Origin: the human T2T-CHM13v2.0 reference genome, Homo sapiens
DNA: 64,000 bases
Reading direction: 5' to 3' (one strand)
NCBI RefSeq assembly: GCF_009914755.1
Contig: NC_060936.1
The notes under the pieces were generated by a model, which had not been told where the DNA came from, made no database searches, and saw nothing but the letters and a program-made list of their open reading frames with translations. A program made the position numbers and the translations under genes. Below, in pieces: positions 1 through 14,189 of the stretch (its first letter is position 1; the number at the start of each line of letters is the position of its first letter).

Positions 1-119
1 TAGTAGAGACTGGGTTTCGGCATATTGGCCAGGCTGGTCTCGAACTCCTGATCTCATGATCCACCTGCCTCGGCCCCCCAAAGTGCTGGGATTACAGGCG
101 TGAGCCCCTGTGCCCGGCC
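1..119 (-). mobile_element. Alu, left arm (cut by window start)
   Basis: tagtagagac...ccaaagtgctgggattacaggcgtgagcc...cccggcc. Confidence 0.9.
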
Positions 120-136
120 CTTCTTCACGTCTTTTG

Positions 137-138
<2 letters not shown>

Positions 139-182
<44 letters not shown>
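139..182. repeat. (TG)22 microsatellite
   Basis: Perfect dinucleotide run at the tail of an AluY. Confidence 0.98.
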
Positions 183-186
<4 letters not shown>

Positions 187-471
187 GTTGAGAAGGAGTA
201 TCGCTCTATTGCCCAGGCTGGAGTGCAGTGGCGCGATCTCGGCTCACTGCAAGCTCCGCCTCCTGGGTTCACGCCATTCTCCTGCCTCAGCCTCCTGAGT
301 AGCTGGGACTACAGGCACCCGCCACCACGCCCGGCTAATTTTTTTGTATTTTTAGTAGAGACGGGGTTTCACTGTGTTAGCCAGGATGGTCTCGATCTCC
401 TGACCTCGTGATCTACCCGCCTTGGCCTCCCAAAGTGCTAGGATTACAGGCGTGAGCCACCACGCCTGGCC
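183..471 (-). mobile_element. AluY-type element
   Basis: Diagnostic gcaagctccgcctcc, cacgccattctcc, ttagccaggatggtctcgatctcctgacctcgtg. Confidence 0.9.
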
Positions 472-2434
472 GCCTGTGTGTTTTTAAAAATTATGTTGTT
501 GGTTTTCTCCTTAAAGGTTTGTAAGAGTTGGTTTTATATCTTGAATAGGAGATATTAATATTTGTCAGGTAAAAGTATTACAAATATCTTCTCCTGGTTT
601 GTGGGTTGCTTTTATATTCTCATAATAACTTTTATGAACACAAGTTTTCAATTCTAATAAAATTTAATTAATGTTTTTCTTTTATAGTTAGTGCTTTGGT
701 ATCCTATTAAGAAATTTTTGCTTACCTGAAGTTCATGAAGGTCTTTTTAACATATCATCTAGCAGCTTTACTATTTTACCTTTCATTTTTATATCAATAG
801 TTCATCTGGAACTTTTGTGTATGGTGTGAAGGAGTAATCAAAGTTCTTTTTTTTCTTATTAATTTTCAACTGATAGAGCACGATTTCTTGAAAAGGTCAC
901 TCTTTAACCACTGAGTTTCAGTGGTGCCTTCATCATAAATTGGCAGATTATATATATTTGGATCTGGGTCTGGACTTTTATTCCAAACTGTTGGTCTTAC
1001 TGTCTATTTTTGGGCTAATACTACAGTCTTTATTACTGCACCTATAAAATAAGTCGTGATATCTGGTAGCATAAGACCTCTTGTTCTTCTTTACTTCTTC
1101 AGTATTGTTTTGGTTAATCTACATTCTTAACAATTCCATATTGATTTTAGAATTAGTTGTCATTTTTTCACATATGCAAAATACCTGCTAGGATTTCTGA
1201 TGGGGATTGCATTGAATCTATAATAAATTTGGGAAGAACACCTTAACAACATCAAATTTCCAATTAATATATGTTGTATTAGAGCCTCCATGTATTTGGA
1301 TCATCTTTAATTTTTCCCAGCAGTGTTTTGTAGATTTCACTGTAGAGATTTTACACATCTTTCTTTAGACTTATTCCTAGATAATTGATGTTTTTCAATG
1401 CTAATGTAAGTAGTAATATTTTAAAGTTTTTCCTAATTGTTAGTTGCTAGCATATGATAATCAATTATTTAGATAATAACTTCATATTTAGCCACTTTGC
1501 TAAATGTGCTTATTAATTTAAAATTTGCATTTTTTGAACATTCTATGAACATCATCATGTCACCTGAGAATAATGACAGCTTTGCACCTTCCTTTATAAT
1601 CTTTGTATTTTTATTTCTTTTGTGTGTCTTATGTACTGGCTGGGTTCTCTAGTGCAATTTTGAGGTGATGTGGTGATAGTGGACATCATTGCCTTTTTCC
1701 CAACCTAAGTGGTGAACGCATTTAGTGTTTCACCATTAGGTGAGATGTTTGCTGTGGATTTTTGTAGATACTCATTATCAGGTTGAGAAAATTCCCTTCT
1801 ATCTTTGGTTTTCTGAGAGACTTTTCTTAAATGGGTGTTGAATTTTATCAAACACTTTTTCTACATTTGTTTTGATGATCATATATTTTTCTCCTTTATT
1901 CTATTAATACTGGGAATTACATCGGTTGAATTTTGAATGTTAAGCCAATCATGCATTCCTGTAATAAATCACACTTGGTCAGAGTATTATCTTTTTTATA
2001 TACTTCTGGGTGTGATTTTTATATATTTCAGGCTGGATTTTGTTAAGGATTTTGGCATCTATGTTCATGAGATTTGTGGCCTATGATATTTCTTTTTTAT
2101 TATGTTCTTGTCAGGTTTTGGTGTCAAGATTACAGAGGTCTCATGAAAAGGGGTAGGAAGTTTCCTATGTCTCTATTGTTTTGAAGAGTTATATAAGATT
2201 GGTATTCTTTATTTCTTAATTGTTTGGAAGAATTCAACAACTGGGTTTGGAATTTTCTTTGAGGGAAAGTTTTTAATGATGGATTCAATTTTCTAAATAG
2301 TTATTGGATTATTTATATTTTTATTTCTTTTTTTACTTTTAGTAAATTGTTACTTTTAAGGAATCTGTTTCATCTAAATTTTCAAGTTTATTTACACTAT
2401 GTTCAAACTTTCCTTTTATTACTTTTGCCTTTAC

Positions 2435-2730
2435 TTTTTTTGAGACGGAGTCTCATTCTTTCTCCCAGGCTGGAGTGCAGTGGTGTGATCTCAGCTCACT
2501 TTAACCTCTGCCTGCCAGACTCAAGCAATTCTCCTGCCTCAGCCTCCTGAGTAGCTGGGACTACAGGTGTGCGCCACCATGCCCGGCTAATTTTTGTATT
2601 TTTTTTTTTTTAAGTAGAGATGGAGTTTCACCATGTTGGCCAGGTTGGTCTCGAACTCCTGGCCTTGTGATCTGCCTGCCTCAGCTTCCCAAAGTGCTGG
2701 GATTACAGGTGTGAGCCACTGTGCCTGGCC
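2435..2730 (-). mobile_element. AluS
   Basis: Full dimer with acttttg(c/t)ct flanking TSD. Confidence 0.9.
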
Positions 2731-3375
2731 ACTTTTGTCTGTTTTTGACATCTATGTTGATGTTCTTTCATTTTTGATATTGGCAATTTATGTTTTCTCT
2801 GTTTTTCTTCATCAGTCTTGCCAGGGTTTATCAATTTTATTAGTCTTTTCAAAGGTCCAACTTTTGGGTTTGTTGTTTTTCTCAATTTATATCTTTTAAG
2901 AATTGCATTCATTTCTGCTCTTATTTTTCTTTCTTCCTTCTACTTTCTTTCAGTTTAATTTGCTGTCTTTTTCTAGCTTTTGAGATAGGTGCTTAGATTA
3001 TTGATTTTCAACCTTTTCTAAGATATACATTTAAAGTCATAAATTTTCCTCTAAGCATTGCTTAATTAATCCCAACATTTTTCTGATATCACACTTTCAT
3101 TATTGTTCAGTTAAACATATTTTCAATTTTTTATTGTGATTTCTTCTTTTACTTATGGTTTATTTAGAAATCTGTTGCTTAATGTCCAAACATTCATAGA
3201 TTTCCTAATTGTCTTTCTGTTGTTGATTTCTCTTTTAGTTCCACTGTGGTCACAGAACACATTCTGTATTATTTCAAAATTTGAAATTGTTGAGACTTAG
3301 TGTCTGTCCCAACATATAGTCTATTTTGGTTAATGTCCATGCACACTTGAAAAGAATGTATATTTTGCATTTTGA

Positions 3376-3717
<342 letters not shown>

Positions 3718-3811
3718 TAGTCTATTTTGGTTAATGCCCATGTGCACTTGAGGAGAATGAGTATTTTGCATTTTGAATGTACATTTTGAATGTATACTGG
3801 ATGGAGTGTTT

Positions 3812-3920
3812 TATAGATAACAGTTATGTGATTAACATACGTTATAGATTATATACATATGTATATAGATTATATACATAGATTATATGTTATAGATAAC
3901 ATATGTTATAGATTAACAAC
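3812..3920. repeat. Degenerate AT-rich tandem repeat (gttatagattatatacata-like)
   Basis: Repeated ttatagat/atatacata units. Confidence 0.6.
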
Positions 3921-5910
3921 AGTGAAGTTGGTTAATTATGTTATTTAAATATTCCATATCCTTACTGTTTTATTGTTGCTATTGTTTGTTCTCTCAGTTA
4001 CTATGACAGGTATGTTAATATCTCCAGCTCTGATTATGGTTATGGCTATCGATATTTTTAGCTTTGTTAATTTTTACTTTATATATTTTGAAGTATTAAT
4101 TTCTTAGAAATTTAGGATTGCTATGTCCTCTTATTGAAATGACTTTTTTATTATTGTTAAATATTTCTACCTTTTCTCTAGTAAGAATTTTTGCTTTAAA
4201 GTCTATTTTGTCTGATATTATACAGCTACACCAGTTTTCTTTATACATGGGTTGATATGGTATATCTTTTTCATCTTTTTATTTTCAATCTTACTATATA
4301 ATCTTACTACATTTAGTTTAGTAAAGTTTTTCACTATAGCTTTTTTGAAAAACAAAACCCAGTCTGATAATCTTTGAATTTAGACCATTTAAATTTAATA
4401 TTGTTACTGACATTATTGAGTTTAAGTCAACAAACTTACTATTTATTTTTTATTTTCCCATCTGTCTTTATTCCTTTATTCTTACTTTTTAGCTTTTTGG
4501 GAAGGGATTAATAGAGTTTTTAAAAATATTTGATGTTTTCTTCTGCTAGCTTTTCAATTATACATTCTTTTAGAGTGGTTCTATTAGGGATTACAATATG
4601 CATTTTTGCATTCTTCACTAATTATTATTAATACATCTACCTCACATTACTTCTTCCCCCACTTCAAGCTCAGTGAAAGAGCACCATCACATTTTAACCT
4701 CATTTTCCTCTTTCTCACCTTCTGAGCTCTGGTTTTAATGGATACATCTTGTACAAGTGTTATACACCCCACAAGGCATAATTATTATTGTTTTAAGCAG
4801 TTAATATTTATTTTTATTTATTCACAAATTTACCCTTTCCAGGGTTCTTTCTCCTGCAGCAGTTTCATGCTTCCATCTGGAATCATTTTTTCTTTAACTC
4901 AGATAAATTCCTTGCAGATTTATTATCATACTGTGTAGTATACTGAAGATCATGAAACACATGTTTATTTCACATATATTTTTGAAAGATATTTTTGCTG
5001 GTGATAAAATTCTAGGTTGGTGAGACTTTTTTTAATTTTAATTTTCCTTTCAACACTTTAAAGTTATCATTCCACTGTCTTCTGGGGTCCAAAAATGTCT
5101 ATTGAAAAGTTAGTCATCAGATGTATTGTTACTCCTTTGAATGCAATGTGTCTTTTTGTCTCTGGCTGGTTTAAAAATTTTTTCATTGCCTTTGGTTTTC
5201 AGTAGTTTGACTATGATGTGCATAGATATGGCTTTCTTGTTTTTATTCTTCTTGGGGATCACTGAGCTTCTTGAATCTGTGTGTTGTCTTTCATCAAATT
5301 TGCAGATTCTTTGCCATTGTCTCTTCAAATATTTTGTCTCCCTCACTATTCTCATCTTCTGGAGCTGCAGTTACATGAATATTAGACTTTTCGATTATAC
5401 TTCATTTTTTTATGTTTTGCTCTGGTTTGTCCATCTTCATCTCTTTGTACCTCAGTTTTGTATTTTTTTAATTGACCTGCCTTTCAGTTCTAAATTCCCA
5501 TTTTCTATCATATCTAGTCTTCTATTAAGCCCATCCAAGTGATCTTAATTTCAGATATTGTATTCTTCTGTGGTAGGTGGTCCAATTGATTCTTTTCTCA
5601 TAGTTTCTAAATCTTGATTGATATTCTCCATTTTTTCTTCTGTTTTGTCCATTTCCTCTAATTTGCCCATATTTTTCTCTATCTCCTCAAACATATTATC
5701 CATGGTTATTTTAAAGTTCCTGTCTGATAAGTCTAGTATCTGAATTATCTCTGGATCTATTTCTATTATCTGGCTATTTCTTGGATTTCAGGTATTTTTG
5801 GTCCTTTTGAGGTTTTTCAATAATACCTCATAGTTTTTTATCCAATGCTGGACATTATGAATGCAAAGTTGCAGAGCCTCTGGGTGAAGGATGTTAGCTT
5901 TCTCCAACAA

Positions 5911-6977
5911 TATTGGGGGAACGCACCCCCAATATTTCAACGTAGGTTCTATTTTCCATAAGTGTCGGCTGGCTGAGAAATAAAGAGAGACAGTACAAAG
6001 AAAGGAATTTTACAGCTGGGCCACTGGGGGTGACATCACATATCGGTAGGACCGTGATGCCTGCCTGAGCCTCAAACCAGCAAGTTTTTTATTAAGGGTT
6101 TCAAAAGGGGAGGGGATATAAGAACAGAGAGTAGGTACAAAGATCACATGCTTCAAAGGGCAAAAAGCAGAACAAAGATCACATGCTTCTGAGGGAATAG
6201 GACAAAGGGCAAAAGCAGAACTACTGATAAGGGTCCAACAAAGATCACAAGGCAAAGGGCAAAAGCAGAACTACTGATGAGGGTCTATGTTCAGCGGTGC
6301 ATGTATTGTCTTGATAAACATCTTAAAAAACAGAAAACAGGGATCGAGAGCAGAGAACCGATCTGACCACAAATTTACCAGGGTGGAGTTTTTCCCCACC
6401 CTAGTAAACCTGAGGGTACTGCAGGAGACCAGGGCATATCTCAGTCCTTATCTCAACCACATAAGACAGACACTCCCAGAGCGGCTGTTTATAGACCACC
6501 CCCCAGGAATGCATTCCTTTCCCAAGGAATATTAATATTAATATTCCTTGCTAGGAAAAGAATTTAGTATATCTTCCCTACTTGCACGTCCATTTATAGG
6601 CTCTCTGCAAGAAGAAAAATATGGCTCTTTTTGTCTGACCCCACAGGCAGTCAGACCTTATGGTTGTCTTCCCTTGTTCCCTAAAAATCACCGTTATTCT
6701 GTTCTTTTTCAAGGTGCACTGATTTCATATTGTTCAAACACACATGTTTTACCATCAATTTGTACAGTTAACACAGTTATCACAGTGGTCCTGAGGTGAC
6801 GTACATCCTCAGCTTACGAATATAACAGGATTAAGAGGTTAAAGTAAAGACAGGCATAAGAAATTATAAAAGCATTATTTGGGAACTGAAAAATGTCCAT
6901 GAAATCTTCACAATTTATGTTCCTCTGCCACAGCTCCAGCCGGTTCCTCTGTTCGGGGTCCCTGACTTCCCACAACA
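5911..6977 (-). mobile_element. Solo LTR MER11 (HERV-K HML-8; length suggests MER11C)
   Basis: Minus strand begins TGTTGTGGGAAGTCAGGGACCCCGAAC (MER11 5' end). 1067 bp, internal aagatcac/gggcaaaagcagaac repeats, 6-bp TSD CAACAA/CAGCAA. Confidence 0.88.
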
Positions 6978-8285
6978 CAGCAAGTGTTGAGTTTTGTTCT
7001 AGCAGGCAGAGAGAGAGCTAGCAGATCTCCTTAATCTTGTCAAGCCTTGCTTAAGTCTAGTCTATTTCACTTTTGTCTGTACTACTAGGGTGTGGTTTTT
7101 ATTCCTAAAGCCTGGCCTTTCTGGGTTCACTGCTGAAAGCACTGGGTGTTTACCGACTTCCCTTTACTTTGACCCAGCTTGGACTCCAACCCTAACCAAT
7201 TAATGATTGGCTCTTTAGTCTCTAAGCTGCTACTTTTCCCTCAATTTCTTGTTTTCTCAATCTGCATGTATAGCTTAGGAGTGGGCTAAGGACTTGAGGG
7301 GTAATTTGAATACAAGTATGTTTGTCTCTTTGTTTAAAGTTCTCTTCTCTTTGGAATTTTGCTCCTTAGATATTAGCTACTCTGTCATCCCCAAACTCTC
7401 CTTAGCTCAATAGACTATACTCTTTGCTTGGGTTCCATTTCCCAGTGTAGCAATTTGGAAAGATCTTTCGGGAAAGATCTTTGGAAAGATCTTGGTGTTT
7501 CGGGAAAACGCCAAGGTGGCTGTAGAGCTTACTTCTGGTGCTTCCTTTCTTTCAAGGCTTGTAGTTCCTCTAGTCCTGTCTGCATTTATTGCTCTCCAAT
7601 GTTTCCAAATAGCTATTTGTATATTTTATCTAGCTTTTACAATTTGGTGGGTGAGTTAATCTAGTGCAAGCTACTTTATCATGGAGGGAACTGGAAGTCT
7701 GATTATCAACAACTCTTAGACAAGGAAATTGAGACCTAGAGAAGTGAAGTGGCTTTCTAAGCTTATACAAGAAGTCAATACCAGTGCTAGATCTAGAACA
7801 TGGGCCACCTGACTCTTGTCCAAATAAAAGAATAAAGAAGTTTCAGTTCACATTTTGCATTTATTTTCAAAACACAAAGATTATATTTTAAAAAAATATA
7901 ATATAACTTACAGTCCCACAACTGTAAGTTACATGTACATATATTTGGAAAAATATCTGAGGAAAGAAAAGAATTGCCTCTAATCCTACTATGTAGAGAT
8001 AACCATTCTTGATGTTTTTGTGTTTCCTTCCAGTCTTTTTTCTTTCTAAGAATACTATTGTTAAGCAAAATTGTATATATGTATATATTTATAGTTAATA
8101 TGTATATATAGCTATCATTTATTGAGCAATGAGAAGTGCTTTAATTCCATGATCTCATTTCTTTCTCACAATAGTCCAAAGAGGTGGCTTATGATTATGA
8201 GCTTTTGCTTACATATGTAGAAATTGAAGCTCAAGCATACTTGCATTCAAATTCCCTTCAAGTCCTTAGCCCACTCCAAGCTGCA

Positions 8286-8580
8286 TTTTTTTTTTTTTTT
8301 TTTGAGACAGAGTCTAGCTCACTCTGTTGCCAGGCTGGAGTGCAGTGATCTCAGCTCACTGCAACCTCTGCCTCCTGGGTTCAAGCAGTTCTCCTGCCTC
8401 AGCCTCCTGAGCAGCTTGGACTACAGGCACGTGCCACCACGTCCAACTAATTTTTGTATTTTTAGTAGAGATGGGGTTTCACCATGTTGGCCAGGATGGT
8501 CTCGATCTCTTGACCTCGTGATCTGCCTGCCTCGGCCTCCCAAAGTGCTGGGATTACAGGCATGAGCCACTGCACCCTGC
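8286..8580 (-). mobile_element. AluS (Sc-like) inside a MIR
   Basis: Full dimer; TSD ccaagctgcatttt/ccaaattgcatttt. Confidence 0.9.
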
Positions 8581-8644
8581 CCAAATTGCATTTTTTCCCC
8601 CTAGCAGGTGTCAAGAGTCTTGCCCAAAGTCACATAGCTGGTAA

Positions 8645-8984
<340 letters not shown>

Positions 8985-9299
8985 CAGCATTAGTCTTTTA
9001 TAGTGTTTTTTGCACTTGTCTACCTCTCAGAAAGTAATGAACCCTCACGTTTCAAAGACTTGCCACTGGAGATTTCATAATTTGCCAGTAGGAACACCAA
9101 GAGTAGAGCTCATCACCCCTGCTTAGTGATTGATCTGGAGTGTCAATATTTGATTGTGCCTTGTCATCTCCTTTACTAGACTAGAAAGCCCCAAGAAGGC
9201 AGAAATGTTGTGTGGTTCACTGTTGTAACCCCAGTACTTGGCACAGGACATGGTTGAAGTTTTAAAAATTACTTACGAGGGAAAAAACCACTCTGCTTT

Positions 9300-9912
9300 A
9301 GCATGTTAAGAATGCTTTGGCCTGTGGTCCCAGCTACTCAGCAGGCTGAGTTGGAAGGAATGCTTGAGCTAGGGAGGTGGAGGTTGCAGTGAGCCAAGAT
9401 CATGCCACTGCACACCAGCCTGGGTGACAGAGTGAGACCCCATCTCAAAAAAACAAAAATCCAGCAGAATGCTTTGGATTGTAAGAGACAGAAACCTGAT
9501 GATTTAAATGATGTAGATATTTATTATTTTATTTAACCGAAGATGGGAAGGAGTAGGCTCCGGGGTTTATTCAACAACTCAGCATCCTCCAGGACCCAGG
9601 CTGTTTATGTCTTTCTGCTGAGTCCCCACATTGTTGGTATTTTGTCCCCGAGTTAGTACCTCATAATCACAAGGCAGCTGCTGCAGGTCCAGGCATCAGG
9701 TCCACATTTAAGACAATAAAATGGAACAAGGGGAGGTGCCAGCTACTTTTCTTCTTGTGTGTCTCTCTTTTATCAGAAAACAACAAAATCTTTCCCAGAA
9801 GCCCTCAACAGACTTATTTTACGTTGGTTTTGTCCAGAACTCTATCATTTATAGCTGAAAGGAAGGATGAAAGAGGATTTGTCCAAAGAATAAGATTATG
9901 ATAATTGGACTG
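9300..9912 (-). mobile_element. Old MaLR LTR (MLT1K/L-like) containing a 5'-truncated sense Alu at 9321-9459
   Basis: aatctttcccagaagccc...cagactt motif, also seen at ~22.7 kb; Alu right arm flanked by TSD agaatgctttgg. Confidence 0.55.
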
Positions 9913-9914
9913 AC

Positions 9915-10428
<514 letters not shown>

Positions 10429-11774
10429 TTAGAAAAATCATGGTTTACCTCTTGGGCTATCATAATATTGCCTTGGATAAAACTGGGGTTTGATTAGCAA
10501 GCAGGAAAAAATTAACGATTGGCTATTGGCTGGCCTGCCATAGAGTGTATCTCTGGACCGGGCCAATTGAAAAAATGCCTTCTCGGGGTGTGATTTCAGA
10601 GAAGTCAAGATTCTACCCACTGAGAGGACTGCTTTTTCTGGCATGAGCCTTTCAGTATCAGCACCAGGGACCTGGTCAAAATGAAAATGTGTTGCTCGGA
10701 ATGGGAGACTATTCAGTTTGTTAGCCTAGAATAAAATAGTATGAGATTTTATGGATCATCTTGGCCCAACTCTCCTGTTTTACAGTTAAGGAAACTGAGG
10801 CTTAGAGAAGGGATGTGATTTGCCAGAGATCACACTCCTAGTTAGTGGCAGGATCAGGACTGTTACTGAGGTCTTCTGATATCTGTCAAATGCTCTGTTA
10901 CGTCCCTTTAGCAACCCAGAAAAGATTGATTCAGTTGATTCGCTAGAGATTCAGTAAGCGTGAGGAAATGTGATATGGGACTGATATTTTTTGATGGAAT
11001 GCAGTTGGAAAGAAAACCCTGGACCAGTGGGGTCAAGTCCTAAATGCCTGATGGGTGAAGAAACCGAGCAAGAGTGGATGGGTTATTTACCATAATTCAG
11101 GTCTCATGAATTCTCACTTCCAATCTAAACAATTGCATTTTTCCCCTAGTAGATGTCAGTAGATATGTATGCTTCTCATGGCATACTCACCAACAAACAG
11201 GAGGATTGTGACTGTAAAATATTAAAAAGTCCGTGACTGTTGGAGCATCATATACAGAGAGGAAAGCTCAGCAGTGTGGATTAGACAGAGTTGTATGGGT
11301 AGAACAGAAATTTCTGCAAAAGTTGGGCCCAGAAGATTCCCTGAGCCCCTACTACATGCTAGACTCCATGGAAATCCCAAAATTATATAATGAAAGAAAG
11401 AGGAGGGAGCCAATATTAAAATATATTCAGCACCAGGCAGTATGCTGGGCATAATCACAACCATGATTTCTTTTAATCCTCTGGAGGGAAAGTATTTTTT
11501 CTCCCCATTTTACAGATGAAGAAACTGAGATTCAGAGATTATGTGACTTGTTCAATGTCATAGCAAGTAAGTGGTAGAGTTAAGACTTTAATTTAGAGCT
11601 ATCTGATTTTATTGCTGGCTCTCTTTTGACTACATAAACTGTCTTTTCCATGGATCCCTGCTCTCAATGAATTTTCAATCTAGAAGAGAAGTTAAGGCAC
11701 ATACTTGAATATTAACAATGCAAGGCCATATGTGATTGACTTCATTCAAATGATATGAGTTGTACTTAAGACCT

Positions 11775-11932
11775 TGCCACACCAAGAGTGATCCTGGCCT
11801 ATAGCATAGACCTCCCTGGAAGCTTGTTAGGAATGCAGTATTTCAGGCCCATCCCAGACTCACTGAAACATGCTCTGCCTTTTAACAATACTTGCAGATG
11901 ATTTACTAATTATGCATGCTAAAGTCTGGGAG
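11775..11932. mobile_element. MER5A-like hAT MITE within L2 remnant
   Basis: agcttgttaggaatgcagtatttcaggcccatcccagac...tttaacaa. Confidence 0.6.
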
Positions 11933-12917
11933 AGGTCACAAGATTGAAAGGTGACTCTGGGGAAGGCATCTTGGAGGAGGTGACATTTGCCTTGGGCCTC
12001 AAAGGATCCATGTGGTTCCTGCAGTGATGGGAAAATCGGGGGAGGCAGAAAGCTACGAGACTGGTCTTGAGCTTGGAGAGTTTTCCAGATTGGCTTGAAC
12101 AGAGAGGTTGAAGAATCATGGGAAATAGGGCTAGGAATGAGTTTGGGCCACATCACTGAGGGACCTGAATTCCAAACAAGGGGTCTAGAGTTTGAGGTCT
12201 GAGGTGCCACTGAAGGAGCTGGCTGAGGAGTGACAAATCAAAGTGGTGTTTTCAGAAGGTTGGCGTGGAGGTTCTATGCAGGTGGATTCAAGCCAGCAGA
12301 CACATCAGGGCTGCTACCTACTCCAAGTTTGAGGCCTTAGACTAGGCAGGTGTTAGAGGGTTTGAAGAAATTGGAGAAACTGGGAGGATAGGATGGGTCC
12401 AAAGAGCAGGAACCCAATGGGATTCTTTGGGATTCCTGTTTCCCTCTTTCAGAGACAGAATAAGTCAAATGTAACCAAGAGGTGCTCAAGTCCTCTAGTC
12501 TTCAGGTCACCATTTCCTTAACATCTAAATGAAATGACTCCATCCTGTATCCTAGGCGGGAGTCCAGAACCTTCCAATTCCCTCCACGAGGTATCAGACA
12601 CACACATGCATGTGTGCATGTTTGTTGTGGAATGTATGGAATGAGGCTCTTCCTCTCCTGAGACAGTCCATGCTGTGTCCCGTTCCCTCTGCCCTTTCAC
12701 AGCTCCTAGCCACTGCCATTCTCCTGTCTTACCATGTTCCTCACTCTGAGTGTACACTTCTTCCTTTACTCTCTTGTGTTACTGACTGTCCAGTGGGGAC
12801 AGAGGATATCTATAGCAAATGGTAGGGAAAAGTTCTAATTCAGTGGCATGATGGCATAGAAAATCTGGGGTCACCACTTAAGGTGACTCATCACTATTGT
12901 ATTAAAATATCATTGCG

Positions 12918-13228
12918 GGCCGGACACAGTGGCTCATGCCTGTAATCCCAGAATTTTGGTAGGCCGAGGCAGGCGGATCACTTGAGATCAGGAGTTCACA
13001 ACCAGCCTGGCCATGGTGAAAACCCGTCTCTACTAAAAATGAAAAACTTAGCCAGGCATGGTGGCGGGCACCTGTAATCCCAGCTACTTGGGAGGCTGAG
13101 GCAGGAGGATTCCGTGAACCTGGGAGGTGAAGAGGTTGCAGTGAGCCGAGACCACGCCATTGCACTCCAGTCTAGGCAACAAGAGTGAAACTCCGTCTCA
13201 GAAAAAAACAAAACAAAACAAAACAAAA
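12918..13228 (+). mobile_element. AluS
   Basis: ggccggacacagtggctcatgcctgtaatccc...ctccgtctc plus (AAAAC)n tail. Confidence 0.9.
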
Positions 13229-14189
13229 CACATCACAATTCAAGGCTACGTAAATGGAAGTTACATCTCTCTCTCACTCCATTCACCTCACTCAGCATGT
13301 CTTAGTTGATTATCCAATTTGGTTTCTTATAACTTCATAAAAAGATTTCCAGAGAAGAGGAAATGTCATTAAACCTTATTTGAAATTCTTTACTAAAAAA
13401 GACGGAAGGAACTGCTCGGCCTTATCTGTTGTGGAGAGGAGAAGACTATGGTGAGATGGAATGTCTCCAGGAGAAGAAGGAAGTTCAGGGTGGTCAGGAG
13501 CTGTTTTGTATTTCCACTGAGATGTAGGCCAAATGCCCTGCCAATAGCAGAAAGGCGTTCAGGCAGCTCCTAGAGCTAGGGCAACACTGAGAGTCCAGGA
13601 CAGGATTCAACAGGAGAGACCTCCTGGGACACTTGCAAAGAATTGGATTGCCCCCATGGGGTGTCTGCTGCAGTTTTAGTGCTGGCTGGGAACCCAGGTT
13701 CGAGACTGCTAGCTGGCTGGCACGGCCCCAGTGTTTAGGCTGTGATTTAAGATGACCTCCTTGGCTCCTCCCCTTCCTCACCTCCATGCCCACAGTGTCA
13801 TCAAGGGCTGCCCATTCTGCCCGCAGTGTCAGTCTATCTGTCCTCTCTTCACCAGCTTACCTTCCCCACTCCTCTGGGGAAGAAGGACATACCGTTTCCT
13901 CTGGGCTTTGAGCACACTGCCAGGCCAGGGCCCCTCCACCCTCCATTTAGTCTCTCCATGGGGCCAAAATACTTGAGGGGAAGGCACTATGTCTGACTGT
14001 ATCTCACCAGCACTTAACATAGTAGGGCCTGGTACATAGTAGGTGCTCAGTAAGCATATGGATATTAGGAAAACAAAATAGACCATAAAGCCTCCCTAGA
14101 TTATGGGTGTTTATAATTTGCTTCCAGTTTTTGGCACTCCAGGACCACTTATCCATTTGAGTAGATTCTTCCTGTGGATGCCCCTCCCC

